Assembly (NCBI RefSeq): GCF_042660085.1
Contig: NZ_JBHSTI010000008.1
Coordinates: 930,001 to 962,000 of the forward strand
Length of the DNA: 32,000 nt
Reading direction: 5' to 3'
Source: Longivirga aurantiaca
GTDB lineage: Bacteria > Actinomycetota > Actinomycetes > S36-B12 > CAIYMF01
The position numbers and the translations under genes were made by a program. Shown piece by piece: positions 8,709-17,016 of the stretch. How positions within the stretch are numbered: the first letter of the stretch is position 1; each line of letters begins with the position of its first letter. The notes under the pieces are model-generated. The model ran no database searches and was not told the DNA's origin. It saw nothing but the letters and a program-made list of their open reading frames with translations.

Positions 8709-9580
8709 TGTCCACGCCGACCATCGACCGCCGCGGAGCCTCGCAGGAGCCGCGCGACTACGTGAAGAAGCGCCCCGGCGCCCTCTCCCGCGGCCTGCGC
8801 TGGGTGCGCGACCACGTCATCGCCATCGCGGCGTTCCTCGCCCTGTTCTATCTGTTCCTTCCGATCGCGATCGTCGTGATCTTCTCGTTCAACAAGCCCG
8901 AGGGCCGCCAGAACGTCCAGTGGAACGAGTTCTCGCTCGACGCCTGGACCAACATCTGCCGCGACCCCACGATCTGCGACTCGGTCGGGGTGAGCCTGCA
9001 GATCGCGTTCGTGTCGACGATCATCGCCACGCTGCTCGGCACGCTGATCTCGTTCGCGCTCGTCCGTCACCGGTTCCGGGGACGTTCGGCGACGAACCTG
9101 CTGATCTTCCTGCCGATGGCCACGCCGGAGGTCGTCCTCGGCGCCTCGCTGCTCGCCCTGTTCCTCAACCTGGGCGCGCCGCTCGGCACGGGCACGATCA
9201 TCATCGCCCACATCATGTTCTGCATCAGCTTCGTCGTGGTGTCGGTGAAGGCCCGCCTCGCGGGCCTCGACCCACGGCTCGAGCAGGCGGCGTCAGACCT
9301 CTACGCCGACGAGCGCGCGACGTTCCGCTACGTCACGCTCCCGCTCGTGATGCCGGGCATCGTGTCGGCGGCGCTGCTCGCGTTCTCGCTGTCGTTCGAC
9401 GACTTCATCATCACGAACTTCAACAACGGCACCACCGTCACGTTCCCGCTGTACGTGTGGGGCGCCGCCCAGCGCGGCATCCCGCCGCAGGTCAACGTGA
9501 TCGGGTCGATCATGTTCTTCGCCGCGCTGTTCATCGTGGTGATCGCACAGGTCGTGGGTGCGGCGCGCCGCAAGAAGTAG
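8708..9580 (+). CDS. potC: Polyamine ABC transporter permease 2
   Basis: EAA loop EQAASDLYADERATFRYVTLPLVMPGIVSAALLAFSLSFDDFIITNF. Start overlaps the potB stop (TGATG). Confidence 0.88.
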   Translation: MSTPTIDRRGASQEPRDYVKKRPGALSRGLRWVRDHVIAIAAFLALFYLFLPIAIVVIFSFNKPEGRQNVQWNEFSLDAWTNICRDPTICDSVGVSLQIAFVSTIIATLLGTLISFALVRHRFRGRSATNLLIFLPMATPEVVLGASLLALFLNLGAPLGTGTIIIAHIMFCISFVVVSVKARLAGLDPRLEQAASDLYADERATFRYVTLPLVMPGIVSAALLAFSLSFDDFIITNFNNGTTVTFPLYVWGAAQRGIPPQVNVIGSIMFFAALFIVVIAQVVGAARRKK

Positions 9581-9592
9581 CCGAGACACCGA

Positions 9593-9631
9593 ACGAGGCC
9601 GCGTCCACCCGCACGGGGGGCGCGGCCTCGT
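9593..9631 (+). terminator. Hairpin downstream of potC
   Basis: ACGAGGCCGCG ... CGCGGCCTCGT, 11-bp perfect stem. Confidence 0.65.
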
Positions 9632-9691
9632 CCTCGGAGGAGGCACCTTCCCTCGCGCCGGTTCCGCGGGTCCCAGGAGGCTGCCGCACTT

Positions 9692-9707
9692 CTGAACGGT
9701 CGTTCAG
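9692..9707. promoter_or_regulatory. Perfect 7-2-7 palindromic operator candidate CTGAACG-GT-CGTTCAG upstream of the FAD oxidase
   Basis: Read directly; geometry resembles TetR-family operators. A possible -10 (TATCCT) lies just downstream. Confidence 0.55.
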
Positions 9708-9818
9708 GATGTGCGCTATCCTGGCGGCGCCACGGGAGGACGCTGGCGGAACCCTCCGCCCGCCCGTGACGGCCGCAGCCTCCGGAGGACCCGGGGCGGT
9801 CCACCCCGAGGACTCACC

Positions 9819-11252
9819 GTGCCCTTCGCACGCAGCCCCCGCCCTTCGTCGTACGACGCCGTCCGTGACGCCTCGCCGCTCTCGTTCTGGCTCGACGACG
9901 CGCGGCGCCCCGACGCCCTCCCCGCGCACGCCGGAACGACCGACGCCGACCTGCTCGTGGTCGGCGGCGGCTACAGCGGGCTCTGGACCGCGCTGCTCGC
10001 CAAGGAGGCCGAGCCCGCCCGGGACGTGCTCCTGCTCGAGGGCTCGCGCATCGGATGGGCGGCGTCCGGCCGCAACGGCGGCTTCTGCTCGCCCTCGATC
10101 ACCCACGGCCTCGACAACGGCCTCGCCCGCTGGCCCGCCGAGATGACCACGCTGGTGCACCTGGGCAACCAGAACCTCGACGAGCTCGAGGCCACCCTCG
10201 TCCGCTACGGCATCGACTGCTCGTTCGAGCGCAACGGCGAGCTCGGGGTCGCCACCGAGCACTACCAGTCCGAGGGGTTCGCCGAGGCCGTCGAGGCGGC
10301 GGCCTCCGTCGGCATGAGCGTCGAGGCGCTCGACCGCGACCAGGTCCGCGCGCTCGTCGACTCCCCGCTCTACGTGGGTGCGATCCATGACCCGAACGGC
10401 AGCGCTCTCGTCAACCCCGCGCGCCTCGCGTGGGGCCTGCGCGACGCGTGCCTCTCCCTCGGAGTCCGCATCCACGAGGGCACGCGCGCGACCGGCTTCG
10501 GCGACACCGCCGGCCCAGCGGTCGAGGTCACGACCGAGTCCGAGGACGGGCCCGGGCTCGTGCGGGCCCGCCGGGTCGCCCTCGGCACCAACGCCTTCCC
10601 GCCGCTGCTGCGCCGGCTGAAGCACCTGCTCGTCCCCGTCTACGACTACGTCCTCATGACCGAGCCGCTCACGGCCGACCAGTGGGCGAGCATCGGCTGG
10701 GCGGGGCGCCAGGGCATCGGCGACTCGGGCAACCAGTTCCACTACTACCGCCCCACCGACGACGGCCGGATCCTGTTCGGCGGCTACGACGCCATCTACA
10801 ACCGGGGCAACGGCATGGGCTCCGCGTACGACCAGCGGCCGGAGTCGTTCGCGCTGCTGGCCGAGCACCTCGTCGAGGTGTTCCCCCAGCTCGAAGGGGT
10901 CCGCGCGACGCACGCGTGGGGCGGTGCCATCGACACCTGCTCGCGGTTCTCGGCCTTCTACGGCACCGCCCGGGACGGCAGGGTGGCGTACGCCGCGGGG
11001 TACACCGGCCTGGGCGTCGGCGCGACCCGCTTCGGCGCTGCCGTGATGCTGGATCTCCTCGACGGGAGGGACACCGAGCGCACGCGTACCGAGATGGTGC
11101 GCACGACCCCGCTGCCCTTCCCGCCGGAGCCCCTTCGCCAGGCCGCTATCGAGCTCACCCGGTGGTCGCTCGACCGCGCCGACCGCACCGAGGGCCGCCG
11201 CAACCTGTGGCTGCGCACCCTGGACCGGCTCGGGCTCGGCTTCGACTCCTGA
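9819..11252 (+). CDS. puuB: FAD-dependent oxidoreductase, gamma-glutamylputrescine oxidase (PuuB)/DAO-like
   Basis: Dinucleotide motif DLLVVGGGYSGLWTALLAKE, SFERNGELGVATEHYQ, YVLMTEPLTADQWASIGW, DGRVAYAAGYTGLGVGATRFGAAVMLDLLDG. Located next to polyamine genes. GTG start is inferred. Confidence 0.75.
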   Translation: MPFARSPRPSSYDAVRDASPLSFWLDDARRPDALPAHAGTTDADLLVVGGGYSGLWTALLAKEAEPARDVLLLEGSRIGWAASGRNGGFCSPSITHGLDNGLARWPAEMTTLVHLGNQNLDELEATLVRYGIDCSFERNGELGVATEHYQSEGFAEAVEAAASVGMSVEALDRDQVRALVDSPLYVGAIHDPNGSALVNPARLAWGLRDACLSLGVRIHEGTRATGFGDTAGPAVEVTTESEDGPGLVRARRVALGTNAFPPLLRRLKHLLVPVYDYVLMTEPLTADQWASIGWAGRQGIGDSGNQFHYYRPTDDGRILFGGYDAIYNRGNGMGSAYDQRPESFALLAEHLVEVFPQLEGVRATHAWGGAIDTCSRFSAFYGTARDGRVAYAAGYTGLGVGATRFGAAVMLDLLDGRDTERTRTEMVRTTPLPFPPEPLRQAAIELTRWSLDRADRTEGRRNLWLRTLDRLGLGFDS

Positions 11253-11330
11253 GCCGCCGCAGGCGCCTCTCTCGGCATGACTGCGCACCGCGCCCAGGCC
11301 TACCGTGGGAGTGGAAGCGAGGCGAGTGCC

Positions 11331-12413
11331 ATGTCCACGACGCCGGGTCGCGCCACCCACACCACCCTCCAGCCCACCACGGCCCCCGACCGGGGCCTCG
11401 AGGCGGCGCTCGACCGCCTGCGGACGCGCGGAGTGCTCTCCGCGGAGCAGGCCGGGGCCGTGCTCGAGGAGGTGGGTGCGGCCGGACCCCCGGCCGAGGC
11501 CGCGGCCGCCCGCCCCGCCGTCCGTGCCCGCATCGTCGAGGCCGTGGCCTACCTCGGCGCCGTGCTCGTCGCGGCGTCCGCGGTCGCGTTCATCGCCCAG
11601 TCGTGGGAGGACCTCGGGGACGGCGCGCGCCTGCTGCTGCTCGGCGCCTCCGCCCTCGCCGCGTACGGCGCGGGCGCGCTCGTCGGCTTGACGGTGGCGG
11701 GCGGCCGGGCCGCGCTGCGCGAGCACGTCCACGCGGCTCGGCGCCGGGTGTCGGGCTCGCTCATGGCCCTCGGCTCCGTGCTGGGCGCCCTGCTGGTCAC
11801 GCAGGTGCTCGACCTCCAGGACCTGCAGGCCATCGTCGCGGGCGGGGCCAGCGCGCTCGTGCTGCTCGTCGGCGCCCAGGTGCTCGCGCCCAGCGCCGTC
11901 ACCGAGACGGGCCTGCTCGCCGCGACCCTCGCGGTGGTGGGCGCCGGCACGAGCCTGGTGATCCCCGACCGGGTCTCGGAGGAGCAGTACTACTCGTGGG
12001 ACGAGTACGTGCGCTCGACCGAGGAGGTCGTCATCCCCGTCGTGCTGGCCGTGACCGGGGTCGTGTGGGGTTGGCTGGTGGCACGTGCGCTCACCCTGCC
12101 GGTGCTGGCCGCCGCGTTCGGAGCAGCCGTGTCGTTGTTCGCCGGCATGATCCTCATCACGAGCGCCGGGCCGCTGTGGCCGGGGGCGCTGCTGCTGGGC
12201 TGCCTCGCGGTGATCGGCTTCGTGCTCAACCTGGCCACCCGCGCCTCTCCCTGGGTGGCCCTGGCCGTGCTCGCGCTGACGCTCGTGGTCTTTGTGGTAG
12301 TCGGGCAGCAGTCGGCGCCCGCGCTGGCCTTCCTGCTCGCCGGGCTCGTGCTGCTGGGCGGAGCCCTGGGTGCCTGGTGGCTGGGTCGGCACCGCGCCCG
12401 CCTGACACAGTGA
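11331..12413 (+). CDS. Multi-pass membrane protein, DUF2157-like
   Basis: N-terminal LRTRGVLSAEQAGAVLEEV followed by about 9 hydrophobic segments (AYLGAVLVAASAVAFIAQSWEDLGDGARLLLLGASALAAYG...). Confidence 0.6.
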   Translation: MSTTPGRATHTTLQPTTAPDRGLEAALDRLRTRGVLSAEQAGAVLEEVGAAGPPAEAAAARPAVRARIVEAVAYLGAVLVAASAVAFIAQSWEDLGDGARLLLLGASALAAYGAGALVGLTVAGGRAALREHVHAARRRVSGSLMALGSVLGALLVTQVLDLQDLQAIVAGGASALVLLVGAQVLAPSAVTETGLLAATLAVVGAGTSLVIPDRVSEEQYYSWDEYVRSTEEVVIPVVLAVTGVVWGWLVARALTLPVLAAAFGAAVSLFAGMILITSAGPLWPGALLLGCLAVIGFVLNLATRASPWVALAVLALTLVVFVVVGQQSAPALAFLLAGLVLLGGALGAWWLGRHRARLTQ

Positions 12414-12482
12414 CAAGGTGATGGGCGCCAAGCCGTCAGGCTGGCGCTGGTGCCGCGGTCCCCCAGCGGCCAGGATGAGCGC

Positions 12483-13982
12483 ATGACCGAGCCCACGCGT
12501 ATCTCCCACTGGATCGACGGCAAGCCCTTCGGAGGTGTCGCCGAGCGCACCGGAGAGGTGCGCGACCCCGCCACCGGCGCCCTGTCCGGCCGCGTCGACT
12601 TCGCCACCAGCGAGGTCATGGACGAGGCCGTCGCCGCGGCCAAGGCCGCCTTCGCGGAGTGGGGCAAGACCTCGCTCACCAAGCGCGCGACCGTGCTCTT
12701 CGCCTTCCGCCACCTCCTGAACGAGCGCAAGGAGGAGCTCGCCGCGATCATCACGGCCGAGCACGGCAAGGTCCTGTCCGACGCCCTGGGCGAGGTCACC
12801 CGCGGCCTCGAGGTCGTCGAGTTCGCCTGCGGCATCCCGCACCTGCTCAAGGGCGGCTACTCCGAGGGAGTCTCGACCGGCGTCGACGTCTACTCGATCC
12901 GGCAGCCGCTCGGCGTCGTCGGCATCATCTCGCCGTTCAACTTCCCGGCCATGGTCCCGATGTGGTTCTTCCCCATCGCGATCGCGGCGGGCAACACCGT
13001 CATCGTGAAGCCGTCCGAGAAGGACCCGTCGGCCGCGAACTTCATCGCGCAGCTGTGGGCCGAGGCCGGCCTTCCCGCGGGCGTGTTCAACGTCGTCCAC
13101 GGCGACAAGGTCGCCGTCGACTCCCTGCTCACGCACAAGGACGTCAAGAGCGTCTCGTTCGTCGGCTCGACCGCGATCGCGAAGTACGTCTACGAGACCG
13201 GCACCGCGCACGGCAAGCGGGTGCAGGCCCTCGGCGGCGCCAAGAACCACATGGTCGTCCTCCCCGACGCCGACCTCGACCTCGCTGCGGACGCCGCGGT
13301 CAACGCCGGCTTCGGCTCCGCCGGCGAGCGGTGCATGGCCATCTCGGCCCTGGTCTGCGTGGGCGACGTCGCCGACCCGCTGGTCGCCAAGATCAGCGAG
13401 CGCATGGCCACGCTGCGCACCGGCGACGGCCGTCGCGGCTCCGACATGGGCCCGCTCGTCACCGAGGTGCACCGCGACAAGGTGAAGTCGTACATCGACG
13501 CCGGCGAGGCCGACGGCGCCACGATCGTGGTCGACGGCCGCAACCCCGAGGTCGACGGCGAGCCCGGCGGCTACTGGCTCGGCCCCACGCTCATCGACAA
13601 CGTCACCACCGACATGTCGGTCTACACCGACGAGATCTTCGGCCCGGTGCTGTCGGTCGTCCGCGTCGACTCGTACGACGTGGCCCTGCAGATGGTCAAC
13701 GACCACCCGTACGGCAACGGCACCGCGATCTTCACCAACGACGGCGGCGCCGCGCGCCGCTACCAGAACGAGGTCGAGGTCGGCATGGTCGGCATCAACG
13801 TGCCGATCCCCGTGCCGATGGCGTACTACTCGTTCGGCGGCTGGAAGAGCTCGCTCTTCGGCGACAGCCACGCGCACGGCACCGAGGGTGTGCACTTCTT
13901 CACCCGCGGCAAGGTCGTCACCTCGCGCTGGCTCGACCCCAGCCACGGCGGCATCAACCTGGGCTTCCCGACCCACGGCTGA
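12483..13982 (+). CDS. mmsA: CoA-acylating methylmalonate/malonate-semialdehyde dehydrogenase (MmsA/IolA family)
   Basis: SHWIDGKPFGG, SPFNFPAMVPMWFFPIAIAAGNTVIVKPSEKDPSA, ALGGAKNHMVVLPDADLD, GSAGERCMAIS, EIFGPVLSVVRVDSYD, SFGGWKSSLFGDSHAHGTEGVHFFTRGKVVTSRW are characteristic of MmsA. Confidence 0.9.
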   Translation: MTEPTRISHWIDGKPFGGVAERTGEVRDPATGALSGRVDFATSEVMDEAVAAAKAAFAEWGKTSLTKRATVLFAFRHLLNERKEELAAIITAEHGKVLSDALGEVTRGLEVVEFACGIPHLLKGGYSEGVSTGVDVYSIRQPLGVVGIISPFNFPAMVPMWFFPIAIAAGNTVIVKPSEKDPSAANFIAQLWAEAGLPAGVFNVVHGDKVAVDSLLTHKDVKSVSFVGSTAIAKYVYETGTAHGKRVQALGGAKNHMVVLPDADLDLAADAAVNAGFGSAGERCMAISALVCVGDVADPLVAKISERMATLRTGDGRRGSDMGPLVTEVHRDKVKSYIDAGEADGATIVVDGRNPEVDGEPGGYWLGPTLIDNVTTDMSVYTDEIFGPVLSVVRVDSYDVALQMVNDHPYGNGTAIFTNDGGAARRYQNEVEVGMVGINVPIPVPMAYYSFGGWKSSLFGDSHAHGTEGVHFFTRGKVVTSRWLDPSHGGINLGFPTHG

Positions 13983-13995
13983 TCCGCGCAGCTCT

Positions 13996-14029
13996 CGACA
14001 GGGCCTCGCCTCCGGGCGGGGCCCTGTCG
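13996..14029. terminator. Hairpin between convergent mmsA and the HTH-DUF805-like gene
   Basis: CGACAGGGCC ... GGCCCTGTCG, 10-bp perfect stem. Confidence 0.6.
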
Positions 14030-14076
14030 GCGTCCCGGCACGCCCCCACGCGTCGGCGCGCGACGCCTGACCGTGC

Positions 14077-14682
14077 TCAGGCCGTGCTGCCCTCGCTGCT
14101 GAGCGAGTCCTCGGCAGTGCCCTCGGTGCTCGGCTCCGGGTCCGGGACCGCCCGCCGGCGCGCAGCCTCCTCGTCGGTCGGCAGCACGAGCAGGGTGAGG
14201 GGGACGACGAACCCGAACGGCGCGAGGGCGAACAGCTGCCACCAGCCGCTGCGCCCGGTGTCGTGCAGCCGCCGGGCGCCCACCGCAGCCAGCGGGAGGG
14301 CGAGAAGCACGGCAAGGGCTGCGCCCACCGCCTCGGACAGCGAGGCCGCCGCGCCGGTGACGAGCGCGAAGGCGAGGAAGAACCACCAGTAGTCGGGGCG
14401 GCTCGCCCTGCCCTCGAAGTCGGCGAACCGGCGGAGACCCTCGCGGACGGCGACCACGGCGGGGGTGTCGTCCCATCGCGGCTCGGGCTGCTCGGCTCCT
14501 GGGTCGGACGCCGTGATCTCGGCGACGTCCAGCCCGAGCGCCTCGGCCAGCAGCCGGGCCGACGACAGGCCGGGCCGGCCACCGGTCTCGATGCGCTGGA
14601 TCGTCCGCACGCTGAGCCCCGTCCGCTCGGCGAGCTCCTCCTGGGACCAGCCCCGTGCCTGTCGCGCTTCTCGTACGTCCAT
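14077..14682 (-). CDS. XRE-type HTH fused to a DUF805-like membrane domain
   Basis: MDVREARQARGWSQEELAERTGLSVRTIQRIETGGRPG (XRE HTH), then FEGRASRPDYWWFFLAFALVTG...VGARRLHDTGRSGWWQLFALAPFGFVV (DUF805-like R-RRLHDTGRSGWW motif). Confidence 0.75.
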   Translation of the reverse strand: MDVREARQARGWSQEELAERTGLSVRTIQRIETGGRPGLSSARLLAEALGLDVAEITASDPGAEQPEPRWDDTPAVVAVREGLRRFADFEGRASRPDYWWFFLAFALVTGAAASLSEAVGAALAVLLALPLAAVGARRLHDTGRSGWWQLFALAPFGFVVPLTLLVLPTDEEAARRRAVPDPEPSTEGTAEDSLSSEGSTA

Positions 14683-14908
14683 GGGGTCGATCCTGCCCGG
14701 TCGTTCGGCCGGGGGACACGACGCCAACCCGTCGTCTCCCCGACACGGTGCGGGCGTCGTCGCGCGCAGTGACGGCGTCGGGCGCCGAACGGCCCGGAAT
14801 GACCGCTTCGTCACCGTCTGTGGCCCTGTTCCGCAGCGCGCACGGCGTGTCGCATAACGGTTCCCGGGACTTCCCCCGCGACCGCGGGGCAGCGCCTACC
14901 GTCGAGCC

Positions 14909-15310
14909 ATGAGGCTCACCGTCGTTCTGGACTGCCTCGACCCGGACTCGGCCGTCGAGTTCTGGTCGCTCGCCCTCGGGTACACGCTCTCCGACAAGCT
15001 GGACGAGTACCGCGTGCTCGTCCCCTCACCCGGTCGCGACGCGTCGCCGGCCGAGATCCACGGTCCGGTCCTGATCCTCGCCCAGAGCGAGGACCCCAAG
15101 GCCGGCAAGAACCGCATGCACATCGACGTCCACCCCGACGACGCCGAGGCGCACATCATGCGGCTGCAGCGCCTCGGCGCGACGATCGTCGGCGAACGGG
15201 TCGAGCGCTTCGGGATCTGGTGGCAGGTGATGGCCGACCCCGAGGGCAACGAGCTGTGCGTGGTGTCCGGAGCGCAGGGCCACGACGAGGGCGACGCCAG
15301 CTCCGGCTGA
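14909..15310 (+). CDS. VOC-superfamily (glyoxalase/bleomycin-resistance-like) protein
   Basis: LTVVLDCLDPDSAVEFWSLALGYTL...KNRMHIDVHPDDAEAHIMRLQRLGATIV...WQVMADPEGNELCVV. Confidence 0.8.
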   Translation: MRLTVVLDCLDPDSAVEFWSLALGYTLSDKLDEYRVLVPSPGRDASPAEIHGPVLILAQSEDPKAGKNRMHIDVHPDDAEAHIMRLQRLGATIVGERVERFGIWWQVMADPEGNELCVVSGAQGHDEGDASSG

Positions 15311-15322
15311 CCCGCCGGGCGC

Positions 15323-16185
15323 TCAGGCGCCGCCGCGTCGCTCGAGCTCCTCCTCGAGCACGTCGAGCACGTTCTCGACACTGTCCACGTCGACGTCGGC
15401 ACCCGCGGGAACGTCATGCGACACGACCACCGCGTGCTCGCCCTCGGGCACGAAGACGAACGTGAGCGCGACCGCGCCGAGCAACGGCAGCAGGCCCGTG
15501 AGCACGAACTCGCGCGCCGAGGTCGTGAGGTCGCGGCGGAAGTACCACACGCTCGTGTAGCCGGTGAGCGCGTAGTAGAAGGTGATCGCGAGACCGACGA
15601 GAAGATGACGAGCACGCCGCACTGGAAGTAGACGAGGAGGTTCTGCACCCGCGCGCTGATCTCGATGCCTCGGTAGCTGACGTACGTCATGAGCGCGATC
15701 GACAGGGCGCCGAGGCTGGTGACCGCTGCAGGATTGTTCGGCAGGTCTGCCGCCTGCTCGATGCCCAGCGAGTACAGCGCGCTGTAGAAGTAGTAGGCGG
15801 CCACCTCGGCCGCGTTGGCCAGGAAGATCGTGCCGGCGAGCGCGACGGCCCATCCGCCGATCCAGCCGACCCACGGTCCGAAGGCCTTGGCACCCCAGGT
15901 GAAGGTCGTGCCGCAGTCGGGCACGGCGCGGTTGAGCTCGCAGTATGCGAACGCCGTGAACAGCATGGGGATGAACGCCACGAGGACCGCTGCGGCGGTG
16001 TACTCGCCCACCTCGAGGACGACGTAGCCGATCGTCGCGGCCAGCGAGTACGCCGGCGCCGTGGACGCGAGCCCGATGATGACGCTGCCCTTGAGCGTCA
16101 GTGCGTGGGACGCAAGTCCCTTGTCGCGCAGGTCTCCGGACCTGTCGACCGCGACGAGGTGGCCGTGCTCGCTCCCCGTGGACAT
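15323..16185 (-). pseudogene. Amino-acid/polyamine APC-family permease, apparently disrupted by an internal deletion and frameshift near 15600-15615
   Basis: Frame A from ATG 16185 encodes MSTGSEHGHLVAVDRSGDLRDKGLASHALTLKGSVIIGLASTAPAYSLAATIGYVV...RGIEISARVQNLLVYFQCGVLVIFS. Permease-like sequence continues only in a second frame: VGLAITFYYALTGYTSVWYFRRDLTTSAREFVLTGLLPLLGAVALTFVFV... ending at 15323. The middle TM region expected for the family is absent. Confidence 0.75.
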
Positions 16186-16283
16186 GACGTCTCCTCCCCA
16201 CGGACCGCGGGCCGGCGTGCCGTGATGGCGGGCAGCAGCCTGGGCGTGGGTCCGACGTCCGGGGGAGGGGTCATGCCGTTCCT

Positions 16284-16937
16284 CTAGGAGGATTCCGTGA
16301 CTCCGTAGCCCTTCCCGCGCCTGTGCGGGGGCGCGGGCTCGGCGCGCTCGACCGGGCAGCGCGCATCCGGGCAGGCCAGCTCGTCGCACAGCCTGCACAT
16401 GTGCTCGCTCGTGAGCAGGTCGTCGGTGATCGCCTCGAGCATCGCGCCCGCAGCGTCGGCGAAGGCGAGCACCTGCTCGTCGTCGAGCGCACCGACGGCG
16501 CGCTCGAGGACGTCGCGCCGTGCAGCGAGGACGTCGAGGGCGGCTCCTTCGCCGGCGTCGGTCAGCGCGAGCAGCTTCGTGCGTCCGTCCTCCCCGGGGA
16601 TGCGCTCCACGAGGCCGTCGCGCTCGAGCCTGTCGACCAGCTGCACCGCACCGGGGTGGGTGATGCGCAGGCGCGCGGCCAGGAAGGCGATCGGCCGGTC
16701 GGGGTACCAGAGCAGGGTGACGAGGGCTGCGGGCGCGTTGGCGCCGTGCCGAGTCGCCCGCGCCGCGCCGATGTCCACCCGGTCGACGACGGTGAGGGCC
16801 AGCGTCCCGAGCACGTTGGCGGCGAACGCGCGGTCGGCGCCGGTACCTCGGCGGGGCGGGCGGGGTGCGTCGGCGGGGACGGCGATGCCGCCCTCGCCCC
16901 ACGCGCGAGCGGGCGGTTTCGTCGGACGGTGCCTCAT
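16284..16937 (-). CDS. MarR-family transcriptional regulator with Cys-rich C-terminus
   Basis: LRITHPGAVQLVDRLERDGLVERIPGEDGRTKLLALTDAGEGAALDVL (winged helix) and C-terminal MCRLCDELACPDARCPVE. True start uncertain. Confidence 0.78.
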   Translation of the reverse strand: MRHRPTKPPARAWGEGGIAVPADAPRPPRRGTGADRAFAANVLGTLALTVVDRVDIGAARATRHGANAPAALVTLLWYPDRPIAFLAARLRITHPGAVQLVDRLERDGLVERIPGEDGRTKLLALTDAGEGAALDVLAARRDVLERAVGALDDEQVLAFADAAGAMLEAITDDLLTSEHMCRLCDELACPDARCPVERAEPAPPHRRGKGYGVTESS

Positions 16938-16950
16938 ATAAGCACCTTAT
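16938..16950. promoter_or_regulatory. ATAAG-CAC-CTTAT inverted repeat in the MarR / saccharopine-dehydrogenase-like divergent region
   Basis: Perfect 5-3-5 arms in an AT-rich patch (catataagcaccttatgcctta) abutting the MarR start. Confidence 0.5.
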
Positions 16951-17016
16951 GCCTTACCGTGCGCAGAAGCAGGTCGCGACAGGATGGTCGTGGCCGAACC
17001 AGTGAAGGAATCTCCC

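Noticed and set aside
9531-14582. 1683-aa minus-strand ORF
   Set aside because: It runs antisense to clearly recognisable puuB, DUF2157-like and mmsA genes and its translation is low-complexity Arg/Gly/Ala/Asp/His-rich. This is a typical high-GC shadow ORF.
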